Origin: the human T2T-CHM13v2.0 reference genome, Homo sapiens
Length of the DNA stretch: 64,000 nucleotides
Strand: one strand, 5' to 3'
NCBI RefSeq assembly: GCF_009914755.1
Contig: NC_060926.1
Shown here piece after piece: positions 46,014-60,469 of this stretch (positions within the stretch are counted from its first letter, which is position 1; the number at the start of each line of letters is the position of its first letter). The position numbers and the translations under genes were made by a program. The notes below the pieces were generated by a model. That model was not told the origin of the DNA and did not search any database. It saw only the letters and a program-made list of their open reading frames with translations.

Positions 46014-47961
46014 CCATTAACATTCTACTATTCCTGTAGTCTTGTGAGATGGAGAGATTGTAAGGAAGGGAAGAGATGGGCAGGAAGAACATAGGGACAG
46101 AGGTGGGGCTTCAGAATAAATAGAGTAATTGACAGACAGCACAAAGAACACTTGAAAAAGAGAGACCAAAAGAGCATCCAAAGGATAAAATAGTTCAGAA
46201 TCAGAGAAATAGTTTGTGTTAGTTGAACTTGCATCTAGATAAGACCAGAGCCAACCTCAAAGAGAGCCCAGTGCTGGCAGAAGAAGAGAGAGTAGAAAGA
46301 GAAGACAGGGCTGCTTGTCTGTCCTCCCACCTGCTCTGGGCCCCAGAACTCCTCCCATCTCTCTGCAAGGCAGGCAGGCAGGCAGGCTGAGACCTCCGGC
46401 TAGTTGTGGAGGAAGGATCTACCCAAGTCTCGTGGCTTTCTAAGAAGACAAGCTTTGATCTATAAAAAGTTAAGTACTATGATTTGAATGAGGCATGCGC
46501 CAAGCCTTCTGAATCAGTGACTAGAAAGAGCTTGCATTTAATGTAAATTTAGAATAACAAAGCAGGGTGGAATGCTGGGTGGGGTGGGGACAGGCAGAGA
46601 GAGAATGAATATAAATTATCTCTGGAGGTAGGAGTTGATTGTGGGAAAGCTGAGACTCTAAGTTCAGAGGGCAGGAAGGACGAGGAGACAGAAACTCCCA
46701 AGGGTGCAGAGTGGCCTCCTGATGTCCGTGGGCTGGACCGTCAGTGATCCTGCCTGCCCCAGGCCTGGCAGGACTGGCTATGACTTGCTGCTGGAGGGAA
46801 GCTTGGTAGGATTTATGAGATGAGCTAGTGAGATGTTCTTGGCAAGCCGAAACTATAAATGTACAATACTTTATCTCCTGCAGGAATGTTTTATGAAAAG
46901 GAAAGATGGGAAATGTCTACATAAAATAGAGCCCCAGCCACTGGTCAAGGAGAGTGGCCTCTCTCTGGAGCCACATCAAAGGCACAGCTCTGTCTGCACC
47001 CTGTGGCCTCTGCAGAGCCTTCTCTGGGAGCTCAGAAGTTTACTGAGTGCCAAGGAGAGAAGGGAGCACACCCACTGCCAGTGCTCTTCTAGGATTGTCA
47101 AGAGGAAGAGGAGCAGGGTCTGCTGGGGAAACTGCTGTTGCCCCTTCCAGCTCCCTGGAAACTTCTTCACCATCCAGAGTGCTTCAGTGGGGCTGAAGCC
47201 TGATAGAGCTTTGTAGTAGGAGCTCTAAACAAGAAGTCAGGCAATTGACCTAGAGTCTGTAACTAGATAGCCACAGGGCTTGGAGAATGTCACTTTCCTC
47301 CCCAAGTTCATTTTCTTAGAAAATGAGACAATTAAAGATGAATGAATGGTATTCTAACAGTCTTCTCCAGGAACCATGAAAAGGCAGAACTGGCTTTTGA
47401 ATTTCAAGGGAAGAAAAAGTAATCTCTTGAGCAGGAGGATAATATTTAGAATTAGATGCAAGTCCCATCCCTACTAAGTTACCCCTAACTGCCTACACTC
47501 CAGTGAATAAGACCAGCCAAGATGAAATAAGAAACATAAGCAAAACACTTTGGGGCTGATAGAGGAGGTTTGTTTCACGTGAACTTCAATGCCATCTTCT
47601 TGGAGTCTCTGAGAAGCTGCAACCTAATCTTAACTTTCCTGAAGATGCTGCAACTTCATCCCAGGCATTTTGGTTTTTCTTTCTGCTTCTTCCTTGGGGA
47701 CACTTCACTGAAAATAAAGTGCCCACAGCAGGGCTGATGAGCTCATGCAGAGACTTTGCGTAAATTAGAAAAAAGGTAACCCCATGCCAGGGCAAACAGC
47801 TTCGGCAGTGTTGTGCAGAACGGATTTCAGCCCTCATTTGATTTATTTAGCTAGATGCTCCCATACAACCTGCACGAACTACACATCTGTAGCTGAAGTG
47901 CAAGGGGGCATAGGGTAGTTGCTCAAAATCTACATGTCAATAATAATAGTGCGTTACTACA

Positions 47962-49232
47962 TGCCATAGGTCAGTTTTCCGGGGAAGCAGACTCAGAGTT
48001 GAACATGTGAATTGACAGGAACACTCCCAACCTCAACACCTACAGGAGAGGAAAAGAAGCAACACTGAACAGAGGGAGAAGCTGAACCACAATGCAGCTG
48101 CAGCAAAGACCTCAACCCACCCTGTAGGGAGCTCTACAAGCGAGATGGTCCTTCTGAGTTGTTTAGAATTTGATAAGGCTGGGCTTTTATACGTCCTGTG
48201 TAGACCAGTTGCAGATACGGACCGTAGTTAATTCTTACCATTTTATGTTGCCTTGGCATACATTTTGAATATAGGTTTGACTTTCTCATACCAGCAACAG
48301 GGCTTTGTCACCCTTGACTCGGTTTCTACTTCTCCGCCTCCTCTCAGTTCATTCTTCAGTGTAATCGAACCAGATATCTGCCTTATACGACTGCCTCCTG
48401 GTGACCACTGCCCCATAGGACAGCTAGATACAACCTACTTGACTCACCCCCATATTGCATATGGAATGTGCAGATATGCCACAGTGACCTTCTCTCAGTC
48501 ACAGTGTGAATCTACAGAACTCATGCCTGCTTGCTATAAACTCACCAATTAGAGCTTCCCCCCGGAAACCTACTTGGGTAACACCCTGCACCCCAGTGAA
48601 AGCTTTGGCCTACAGGTCCTTTTGTCCCTCTTGCTCCCCACTGACTGGTTAAGTGCAGGTGTCCTGGATGCCTCCAACATCCTGTTGGCTTTGCAGCATG
48701 CTGTCTTCTCTCTGGGGTCTGTGAGTAATTAACTGCTTCTGCTATGCCATGGGTTTTGTTGTGCTGCCTCCTCTGTGTCTCACCTGGACCTAACTCTCCT
48801 CCTGGGCAAGGCTCTCCTAGAGAGGGGCTGTCTTGGTAGAAATAAACTGGACATAGGTCAGACAAGAGCCACAAGGGCATCTGCCAGTATAAACAAGTTT
48901 CCTGGGAGAGGAAACTTCAGGGTTAGACACTTAGGCATTAGGCTGTCATCCAGGATGAAAAAGTATTCCATGAAAGGCACATTGTCAACATCCACAGCCA
49001 CCTCCTTTGGAGCTCCATCAAAGCAGGGCTAGAATTTACAGTCACTCTCTAGAGAGAGACCTCAAGTCCAAAATAAGGAAAATAAAACATGGGCTATCCT
49101 TGGGAGGGAGGCATGGCTTTGGGGGAAAAAAGGCCTAAAAGGCAAGGGCAAGTGCTGAAGAGTAGTCAGCAAACATTTGTAGCATCTAGGGGAACACAAG
49201 CTTTGATTAAGGTGGCTCTGATGCATCCACTG
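47962..49232 (-). mobile_element. LTR16-like ERVL LTR split by an inner LTR
   Basis: 'ggaagcagactcagag..aacacct..agagggagaagctgaa..gggagctct' up to 48222, resuming at 49090 'tgggctatccttgggagg'. Confidence 0.65.
48223..49089 (+). mobile_element. ~870-bp solo LTR (MER54A-like, ERVL)
   Basis: (c/t)gtag..attttatgttgccttggcat..ttttgaatataggtttgactttctcataccag start and 'agagagagacctcaag..aaaaca' end. Degenerate TSD cggac/tgggc. Confidence 0.7.
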
Positions 49233-49269
49233 CACTGTGTTAATTCCTTTGCAGTTTAACAGGCATGAT

Positions 49270-49790
49270 CTGTGCAGATATCTTCTCATTTGCCCTTCCA
49301 GATAGACTCTCTACCTTTCTCCACTCTGCTTCCTTCTCTGGGAGGCTGACTTGTGTGGATTACATCAGCAGGCTCTCATGCCCTTCAATTCCCTCTTGTG
49401 TTTGGTCAATAGAGCCCTGGGAGAAGATGAGAGGGAGAGAAGAAGAGTGAGGGTCAGGGTGCTTAATTCCTTCACTCCCTCTCTGCAAAGTCACCTTGGT
49501 TTGGATGCCTCCTCCAGTTGAAAGTCAAGGGCTTTTACCCAAAATTCTCTCTGCAGACCACTGAATCTCTTCTTGCAAGTGCTGGTGACTGCTCCCTCTC
49601 CTCACCCTTCTAGCCTCAGCGCTGTAACAGGCCTCCCTCGCCTCCACCCCTCCATGTTACTAATACTGGGCTGCTGCTTTATCTGTGTGATTCCTCCAAA
49701 CTCTGCCCACACCTTTGTAAAGAGTCCTTTAGTAAGCCCTCTTCGAGTTATCCTAATTTGGTTTCTCTGAGTACCCAGATAAATACTTTC
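49270..49790 (+). mobile_element. LTR33-like ERVL LTR
   Basis: 'gggaggctgac..gattacatca..tttggtcaatagag..ctgcccacacctttgtaaa'. Confidence 0.65.
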
Positions 49791-50613
49791 AGACGTACTT
49801 TGTCTCATGTTTTCCTCTCTACCACCCTGAGAATCAGATATTCTTATCCCCACTTTAGAGATAAAGAAACAGGCTCAGAGATGTTATGTGACTTGCCCAA
49901 GGTCCTTGTTAGGGAGATGGTCCTCGTCAGCTGACTTAGGTCTATCGTCTACCTCACTGTAACACCCGAGTGTTTCCCTGAGATTATTCCCTTTTCCCAC
50001 CACAGCTCAGAGAGGGGCCAGCAGAAGAAGGGACCGTTGTGGTATTTGAGACCACAGAACATTCTAAAATTTCACATGAGGATGAAAGTGGTACATAGAA
50101 CACCGAGGAGTGTGTATTTCATTTCAGTCCTGGAGCTGGGAGAAAAGGATGGGAGAGTCCACTTTCTGATTCATACCCTATTCAGCCTTCTGGAAAACTT
50201 AAGTTTCTTTTCCAAATTCCCTTTCTCAATTAGAAAATTAAGCTATTTCAGAATCCAGGTCTGTCCCAATCTGCTGCCTGACCCTAAGGAGGTCACATGA
50301 CCTTTAGGTCTTTGGTTTCTTAGTCTGCACAAAGTAAGACGAATTAACCATATGAACCCCAAGCCTCCTTCCATCCTGTGTGTCTATAAGCTCCTTGTTC
50401 TCTTTGCTTCCTTTATCCTAAAGACAGACAACAGTCATGTGGTTAAACCCTCATACCAACGATTGTTAGTCTCATCTCTGGGAAAAAGAGGAAGGAGCTC
50501 AGATGATGCTGTACACAAAGACTCACTTGTTAGCTGTAAAGAGCCCTTCTCAAGGTCTTTTTCAGCCCTTGCTTTTAACCAGGGTAGCAGTTAAGTCCAA
50601 TGAGAAAGTAAAG

Positions 50614-50771
50614 GTCAGGCTTTAATACCTAGGTGAAGAGTTGCTAAGTGATGGGTTTATAGGCGCAGCAAGCCACCATGGTACACGTTTACCTATGTAA
50701 CAAACCTGCACATCCTGCACATGGACCCTAGAACTTTAAAATAAAATAAAATAATAATAATTTCTAAAAAC
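50614..50771 (+). mobile_element. Short L1PA (about PA10-13) 3' fragment
   Basis: 'ccaccatggtacacgtttacctatgtaacaaacctgcacatcctgcacatg' plus A-rich tail. TSD agaaagtaaag at 50603-50613 and 50772-50782. Confidence 0.88.
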
Positions 50772-51689
50772 AGAAAGTAAAGATACTGGTTTAGTTTGCA
50801 CTGCTCCTGAAGCCCCTATGTATGGCAAATTCCTTGACTCTCAATCCCATTTGGGGTGGAGTCTCTATCTTCTTGGTCAAATGCAGATAGATCCTCCTTG
50901 TATGAAATATCTTTTGTCCTGGTTTACTTACATTTCCCTACATTATTGACAAATCATGGGGCCCAGGAACCAGCTAAGAATGAGACATTCCACTCTGGTG
51001 CTGCCACCAATCCAAAGAGCTTTCACTGAGGGAAGCGCCTGCACAAGACAGGAAGAAGAAAATGCTTCTGCATCCCTTTCTACGCTCCTACTCCTCAACT
51101 TTGGATTAAGAATTAGGGACCCTGAATTCTAGTCCTAATACACCCATTAACTTTGGGCAAGTCACTTCCATTCTCTAGACCTCTTTTCATTATCCATTAA
51201 AACGAGTAATTGAATAGCATTATCCTTTCTAGTTCTAACTTCCTATGAACCTATAAGGATGAGTATGTTTGGGGTAGATTGATTTGGATAGATGGCATCT
51301 TTACATGGGTTCCCCAGAAAACAGGATCTGAGGAGAGACTTAAGTGTTAACAGTTTACTTATAGGTGCAATCCTAGGGCAGCAAGAGAAGGGATAAAGGA
51401 CATAGGACAAGAAAGATTGAGAAGCCGCAGTGGTGTCTTATCAAAGAAGCCCAAAGTGTCACTCAATCCCACTGGACATCTTTGCACAAGTTGTACAGAA
51501 AAAAAAAAAATACCATTGGAGAGAAGAAAAATCAGGAATTTATCTGCAGACACCTTCCCATTTCCTCTCTCCCATTGGTCAAAGTTTGATCATTGGGGAG
51601 TTATTTTTTCTGTTGTTCTGGGCTGTGTCATCTGAACCCTTCAAAAGTAACTGGGAAAGTGAGATCCTTCAACCAGAAATGTAAGGCTA

Positions 51690-53428
51690 TGTAAACCAAA
51701 AATAAAATTCTAAGGCCCCCCAACCAACTGAATGGACTTCCTCATCAGCCAGGGTACCCTTAAAATTTAACCTGAAAGACAGGTGCAGGTCATGATGGGA
51801 AGAGGGTGCCAGACATGTCTCCTTATACCTCTCCAGCGTAATATCAACACAGATTTTAAGTCTGATAAGAAACATTTACAAGCTGTTCTCTCTGAAGCCT
51901 GCTACCTGAAGGCTTCCTCTGCACAATAAGAACCTTGGTCTCCACAATCTTTTATCTTAACCCAGACATTTCCTTTCTATTGATCCCAAGTCTTCAGATA
52001 AACTTTACCAATTGTCAATCAGAACATTTTAAAATCTACCTATAACCTGAAAGCACCTCCCCCACCCCCCCACCCCCCACCCTCTCACCACGCTTCAAGT
52101 TGTCCTGCCTTTCTGGACCAAACCAATGTATTTCTTAAATGTATTTTGTTGTGGGAAGTCAGGGACCCTGAACGGAGGGACCAGCTGGAGCCGAGGGAGA
52201 AGAACATAAATTGTGAAGATTTCATGGACATTTATCAGTTCCCAAAATTAATACTTTTATAATTTCTTACGCCTGTCTTTACTGCAGTCTCTGAACATAA
52301 ATTGTGAAGATTTCATGGACATTTATCACTTCCCCAATTAATACTCTTATAATTTCTTATGCCTGTCTTTACTTTAATCTCTTAATCCTGTTATCTTCGT
52401 AAACTGAGAATGTACGTCACCTCAGGACCACTATTGTAAAAACTGATTGTAAAATAAAAGTGACTGTAAAACTGATTGTAAACTGATTGTGTGTTTGAAC
52501 AATATGAAATCAGTGCACCCTGAAAAAGAACAGAGTAACAGCGATTTTCAGGGAATGAGGGAAGATAACCATAAGGTCTGACTGCCTGCAGGGTCAGGCA
52601 CAATACAGCCATATTTTTCTTCTTGCAGGGAGCCTATAAACAGACATGCGAGTAGGAGAAATATTGCTGAATTCTTTTCCCAGCAAGGAATATTAATAAT
52701 TGAGACCCTGGGGAAGGAATGCATTCCTGGGGGTAGGTCTATAGACAGCCACTCTGGGAGTGTCTGTCTTATGCAGTTGAGGTAAGGACTGAAATACGCC
52801 CTGGTCTCCTGCAGTACCCTCAGGCTTACTAGAATTGGGAAATTCCAGCCTGGTAAATTCTAGTCACACCAGTTGTCTGCTCTCAAATCCTGTTTCCTGT
52901 TAAGATGTTTATCAAGACAACACATGCACAGCGGGACACAGACCCTCATCAGTAATTCTAATTTTGCCTTGTCTTGTGATCTTTATTGCCCTTTGAAGCA
53001 TGTGATTTTTGTGACTTACTCCCTGTTTGTACACCCCCTCCCCTTTTAAAATCCCTAATAAAAACTTGCTGGTTTTGCAGCTTGGGGTCACCATCATGGT
53101 CCTACCAATATGTGATGACACCCCTGGAGGCCCAGCTGTAAAATTTCTCTCTTTGTACTCCTTCTCTTTATTTCTCAGACTGGCCGACACTTAGGGAAAA
53201 TAGAAAGAACCTATGTTGAAATATTGGGGGCTGGTTCCCCCAATAGTATTTGATTGAACTCTCATGTCTTCCTAAACTGTATAAAACCAAGCTGCACCCC
53301 AACCACCTTGGGTACATGTTCTCAGGATCTCCTGAGGCTGTGGCTGTGTCACGGGCCATGGTCACTCATATTTGGCTCAGAATAAATCTCTTCAAATATT
53401 TTACAGAGTTTGACTCTTTTGGTCAAAA
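51690..53428 (+). mobile_element. MER4-family (MER4A1/B-like) ERV1 solo LTR, split by MER11
   Basis: tgtaaaccaaaaataaaattctaaggcccccc...cagaataaatctcttcaaatattttacagagtttgactc. 4-bp TSD gcta at 51686-51689 and 53429-53432. Confidence 0.88.
52147..53245 (+). mobile_element. MER11 (HERVK11/HML-8) solo LTR
   Basis: tgttgtgggaagtcagggacc...ggctggttcccccaata, internal ~90-bp repeat 'gaacataaattgtgaagatttcatggacatttatca'. 6-bp TSD gtattt. Confidence 0.92.
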
Positions 53429-55123
53429 GCTACATCCAACCTGGAAGAGGTGGGAAGAGCCAGGGAGCTCAGCAATCGATTGATCTGCCTCCTAGAGTGG
53501 AATTGTGCCAAATCACCCAGAGCCTGTCCTCCTAGCAGAGGGAGGCTGCTAAGTGTTGGGGAGATGCTGAAGCTGAACAAAGCTAAGGAGACACAGACAT
53601 TGTGCATGGCTAGACCTGGATAGAATGGAAAGGTGTACCAGAGGACAGCTCAGGCTCCTTCATTCAACAAATGTCTCCTGAGAAATTTGGATACAGAGAT
53701 CCAACAACTTTTCCTGCCCTCAGGCAGCACACCCTCTACTAGGGAGACAGGCTTAGAAAAAGGCAATTACAGCAAGATAACCATGACACAGATCATTGTG
53801 GATGATTCTACTTAGCTCCCTGATTTACTTATAGGAAAATGAAACTCAGACTTGACCAGTTTCATTCAGGAGATCTATGGGGAACAAGACCTAGAAAGCC
53901 CAGGCTGTTAATTTGCAAGTCAAGGCTTCCTTTACTGCCCCTCTTCTAAAGGCACAAAAGTGCTTTAGAGCCAGCTGTTCTAAAACAAGAGTAGATTTAA
54001 AAGATCCAACAGCATCAGGCCACATTGCTCAACTCTGCATACATTTGCCTGCAGATCAAAATGATGTGACATTAACTGGAAGGGTAGGGTGGTGGTGGGG
54101 GTGGTTAAGATGGAGAGAGTGGTATCAGGGAACTCTTTTTGAAGACAACCTATTTGCTAAATGGAGCCAAGAAGGATCAGTTTAATTGAAGTTAAAGATA
54201 TTTCAAGGAAGGTAAGAGCCTACCGGGGGGTTCAGCCAAGGGGCTTCCTTCTGCCTTTGAAAATGAGAAGAGTTGAACAAGATCTGTATGGATGAGCTGA
54301 TAAAAAGCCCTTTGAAGTGGACAGGGATCTTTTTATAGCCTCAGAATAACTTAGCCCCGGGTGAGGGAAGAGAGCTGCTCTCATTTACAGGCATGAAGGG
54401 TGGTGAGCTGTCTCCCTCCAATTGGATTTCTTCTGGCTTGGCCGCGAAGAAAGTGAGATTGGCCTGGTGTCCTGGTCTATCAGAGAGAAGATAAATCTGG
54501 CAGTCCTTCACACAAGAAATGACCCAAGGGAAGGCCCTAGAATGCTGGTTAACAGACATTAGGAAGAAAGGCACAGAACGTAGACTCACAGCTCCCCCAC
54601 ACCACCCCCAGCTCATGTGCCATCAAGCCCACTAAATAAGTCATGGGTTAATCCTTAAAAAAAAAAATTAAGGAGAGTTCTTGCAGACTTGTTGTCAAGA
54701 AACAAGTGCAATAAAAATTATTCTTGTAGATTGTTTACTGTATGTGTCAGATGCTGTGCAGGCAATAGTTCATTTATTCCTCTTAACAACCCTAGGACGT
54801 AGGTATTATTTTTATTTTCATTCTACATTCCAGAAGACTGCAGTTTATTTATGTGTGAGCAAGTTGAAGCAACTTGTTCAAGCTGAGTACATCACAGGCC
54901 AGAAGCTAGATAGATAAAACTGTTAGATAAATGCTGAGGTAGCATGAAGTTACCTTCGATTACAAACCTCATGAAGTAAAGTCCCACTCCCACATTGTCA
55001 GTGCTCACTTCTTTTGGCTGAACGACTGAAAAACATGTTCTAACCTTCCACTCACCAAACAGTTAAGCATCTCCTTTTGGACATGGGAACACTTGGCCAT
55101 AGTTTAAGACTCAGCTTTCCTCA

Positions 55124-55584
<461 letters not shown>

Positions 55585-56846
55585 TCATTTCTGTAGAAGA
55601 TATAAATAGGGAATTTGGACCCAAATTATGGTAGAATTTAAATTTGCCTTTAATTTAAGTGCTTTTTCATGATCACAGGCTTTATAACTTCCCAAACCTG
55701 CACATATTTCTGTGAATATATCAAAATCTTGATATCCAAAGCTATGAAAAAGAAAAGGCAAAAAATTCAGGATACTTTGAGTTTAATATCAATTCAATTC
55801 AATTCCACCAAAATCTACCTGTATAACCTTTTACAGGTACTCTACCTACTCTCTGAACTTCAGTTTTTCCATCCATAAAATTAAAGGGTTAGACACAGCT
55901 GATCTCTAACATGTCTTCTGTTACTCTCATTCTAAGTCTTTGATGACAATCCTTGCCTTACATTCCTCATAGAAGTTTCAGTGAAAAAAAAAAAACAAAA
56001 AACAAAAAAAAATTGGTAAAAGAATAAGAAAAGAAATGGACAAGAAGTACGGGCACTAAAATCATCTCTGAAAGGGAAAATCAATGAAGTTTTGTGCTAT
56101 ACACACACAAGAAACTGTGTCATCAGTAAGCTATTCTTCCTAGCATCCTTGAGACATCATAAAGGCAAATGAAACACTAAAATTCCATGATAAAGAAACT
56201 TCTTCCATTCTCTTTGTGGATGGAGGCTTGACTCTCAGGGCCTACAAAGATTTCCTCCTGTCTGCTAGACAGACAAGAGTTCAAAGCACCCTAGACCTCC
56301 AAGCTTCTGCCTGCAGGGTCTCTACCTCTGATCCCTCCCACCTGACCCCTTTCCCTACTATGGAAACCCCAAACAAAGAGCATTGGAAGAAAAAACCTTG
56401 GTAATAGAATTTCAGGACACATTAGAGCTGAACAAGACTTTAGAGATCTTTTTTACAAATAAAGTTCTGGGCATAGGGCATGTAGTAATTGGCCTGGCTC
56501 TAGCTAGGAAATAAATTGCTATCATCATTTTATTCTCTGAAGGAGACAATCCCAGGTTAGTATTTCAAAGAAGAAAGAAGTCACTGGAGAGGTTTAAAAG
56601 TACAAGCTAATTATTTCTTTCAAGAAAAACCTTAACTCTAGGAGAAAGAAGTTATATGCAGCATCATTAAGATGAAAGGGCCGAGTTACCTGGGCAGCCT
56701 CAGGAAGCCCAGGAATAACAAGAGTGCCCCTTGTCTTGCTGAGCAGATATCCCTACCGAGGCTCTTCCACAGATGTTATCTCACTGACCCTGAATCCCTT
56801 TCTTCCTACCTTGCCACAATGTGAGGAGGAGGCCAAGAGAAGATGG

Positions 56847-57619
<773 letters not shown>

Positions 57620-57789
57620 ATAAGTCAATGTTAAGAAGAGATGTGGGTCTTTTCGTTTTGAGTCAACATTTGGAGAGCTGCTTAGAATCCTAGAATCAGA
57701 GCTGTCCAAGCTGGGAGCTATCGGCCACCTTCTCCAGTCTCTGTGTTTGTAAGTTTGGGGTGGGGTTAAAAACTTTCCTGTGTGTTTCA

Positions 57790-57932
57790 TGATGAAGAAG
57801 AGAATGAAAAAGGAGGAGGAAGAGATGGAGGAAAGAGAAGGAAGAAACAAGAGGAAGAGTTGATAGAGGAGGTGGAGGAGGAGGTATGAGGATAAAGGGG
57901 AAAAGGAGGAGGAACAGGAGAAAGAAAAGAGA
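57790..57932. repeat. GA-rich low-complexity tract
   Basis: Purine-rich gag/gga/gaa run. Confidence 0.85.
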
Positions 57933-60469
57933 AGTTTTCAGATTTCTGAAAGTCACCCAAAACAGGTTTTGTTTTTGAAGGTCCAGGTTAACTGAAACAT
58001 TTCCAGACTATCTGTGGAAGACGAGGAGATGGGATCAGCTGTCCAGGAGGAAGAGAACACTGGCCCAGTTACAGAGAGGAAACAATGGGATTTTCCATAA
58101 CTGGGATGAAAAATTAGGGGCAAGTTCTAGGAGGGCATGAACCTGTGCCTTTACTCAAAGGCTGCATCCCAAATGAACCTCAGATAGGGCTCCTGCATGA
58201 TTGGCCAGGGACTAAGTATTACATACTGCGTCTTTGAGAGCTGGGACAAGGTCCTACAGCCAAATTTGGTATCTGAAAAATTAAATTTAAATTTGCCATG
58301 TAGACCTGTCTAGGGGGTATCTTCAGAATAATTCCTAAAAGATGGTTGATCAGAGAACTTTCCCATATTTTCTGGCATAATGTAAGAGAAAATGCAACCT
58401 TTAAAATAAAAGGGAAGACAGGCACAATAAAATGGACTTTATCTATCCTGGGAGATGGGATGTGGATTTTGTTGGAGGTACAAGAATGTTATTATAAGAA
58501 TAAATTTAGCAAAAGAATAAAGGCAATTCCCACTCCATACCTCAAGTACTGTAGAGCAACTCACACCTGTTATATCAGCATCCTCTGTCTCAGGCACCTC
58601 CTCCACTCTAAGTTCAGTCCCTTTTCTTTGAGCTCATCTGTCCTCCTTCTAGGTTTGCATCCACTGTCTTCTCTTCTAGGTCTTACTTTCTCCCAAATAT
58701 TTTGCTTCCTGACAAAGGACACCACTGGATAGAAAGGTGGTTCATTGGCAGTGGTACTTCTTCAGCATCAGTGCTGAGCACTTGCTGGGTGGTAGATTAT
58801 TTTCACTGGGAGCTTGCCATCTTGAGGATGCCTCACCCCCACTTTAATGACCACTGGCTTCTCAGCTGATTGGTAAGGCTAGCTTAGACTGTTTGGCCAC
58901 TTTTATTTCCATGATTCTGGTCTCTTCAACAAAACCATGAGTTCCCCTGGGACACAGGCTGTGCCTTTGGCTTGTTTTGCCCCTGAAGGAGCTTAGGCAG
59001 GTGAAGCCAACTGGCCCAAGGACGCCGTGACCCTGGATGCTGCCCAAACCCAAAGGAGGAGCAGCTTTCTTCCTAGGGTCCCCTCGTTCCTTTCCATGTG
59101 TAAGAACACAGGCTACTAGTGAATCCATGAGTAGTCCAGAATATCTGAATGGGAACCAATGGTTTAAATTTTCTGCTAAAGGGCTAATGTCCTAAAAGCT
59201 TGACCTTGCATATGGTTCTCTTACACTTATTTCCCATCATTTTATCCTTGTCTGGTTATACCCCTGGGGGTGGGGGGGAAACACCATGCCAGGGTTGGAA
59301 TGCCTGTATTCTAACTCTGCTGATTAACTGGATGTATGGCCCTGAGTAGGCCTCTTCACCAGGGAGGACCTCCCTTTCCTCCCCTCTAAGCCAAAGAAAC
59401 TGGACCCAAGCTATCTACACATCACCTAACTCTTCTGGGATGTTCTGAGGCCCTCGCCCGTGTGCACAGGAATCAGAAGAGTCCAGATGCACACAGCCAT
59501 CAATCGGCCCTGGAGGGGCACAAAAGGAGAAGCCAAAAGAAACAAGTGGGACTTTCAGCTGAGCTTCAAATAGGAAGACTGTCGGCTCACCCAGGCTGAG
59601 GATGAAAAGCATTCCACAGAGCTGAGGCAGTGCAGGGACAGGGTTCACACTCCCCAAGGGCTCTGAGCAATGAGGAAGAGGGACTGAGAAGACAGAGAGA
59701 CCTCCATTCCAGGTCAGGCCCAAAATCTGGCCTGGTAGGAGCTGGAGACAAATGGGAGGAGGGAGTGCTTCCCCTTGAAGAACATGACCAGGAGGGCAAG
59801 CCACCCAGGCCTCCTCCTATCAGGAGAGAGAATGAATGCAGGATGTGGTGAGGAACAAGGCTGACCTCTTCAATAAATCTTGAGATGCCTAGAAACTGAA
59901 ATCCCACCCTGACTTCTATGGTTACTAAAGTCTGAGAGTAATCAAGGTCTGCATAGCAACAGCAAGCAGTTCTCTCATCAACACACTTTCCCTCTAGCAC
60001 ACACACTGCCACCACCTCCACCACCACAGCTAACTCTACAAATGTTTTGACTCCCTCCTGCTTGCAAACTCAGCTGAGAAATTTGGAGTAGAAAGCAAGA
60101 AAACAGATGTGGCATCCAAGCTGAGTTTCTCATGAGTAAATAGATTCCATATGGTAGAGGAATGTCAAGGAGAAAGAAATTTTTATGAGGACCAAAAAGA
60201 AAGGAATAGGTGTGGAGTGCCTCTCATCTTACCAAGATGGAGTATTCTGGTTCTGAAGTGGAGCTCCATACCTGGTCCTGAGGAAGTGAAAAATCCCAGG
60301 TCATGGCTAAAGTGACCACAGCCCTCCACAAAGAGCAAGGAGTCCCAGTCTTGGTCCTGCCAGTGTGGCTGCCTCACTGTGGAAAAGTCTTTCCTTTGAC
60401 TCTGAGTCTCAACATTTTCATCTGTAAGGTGGAAATAAGAATTCTCTGATGAAAATTAGATTCAATAAA

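Larger units (their letters stand above)
51295..53650 (-). mobile_element. Old ERVL-type LTR (LTR16/33/40 group) interrupted by MER4
   Basis: 'gggttccccagaaaacaggatctgag..caatcctagggcagcaaga' and 'cccattggtcaaagttt' on the left. Continuation beyond 53433 is tentative. Confidence 0.45.

Noticed and set aside
52203-52372. ~90-bp direct repeat
   Set aside because: As I recall it, this is part of the MER11 LTR consensus, not a locus-specific event.
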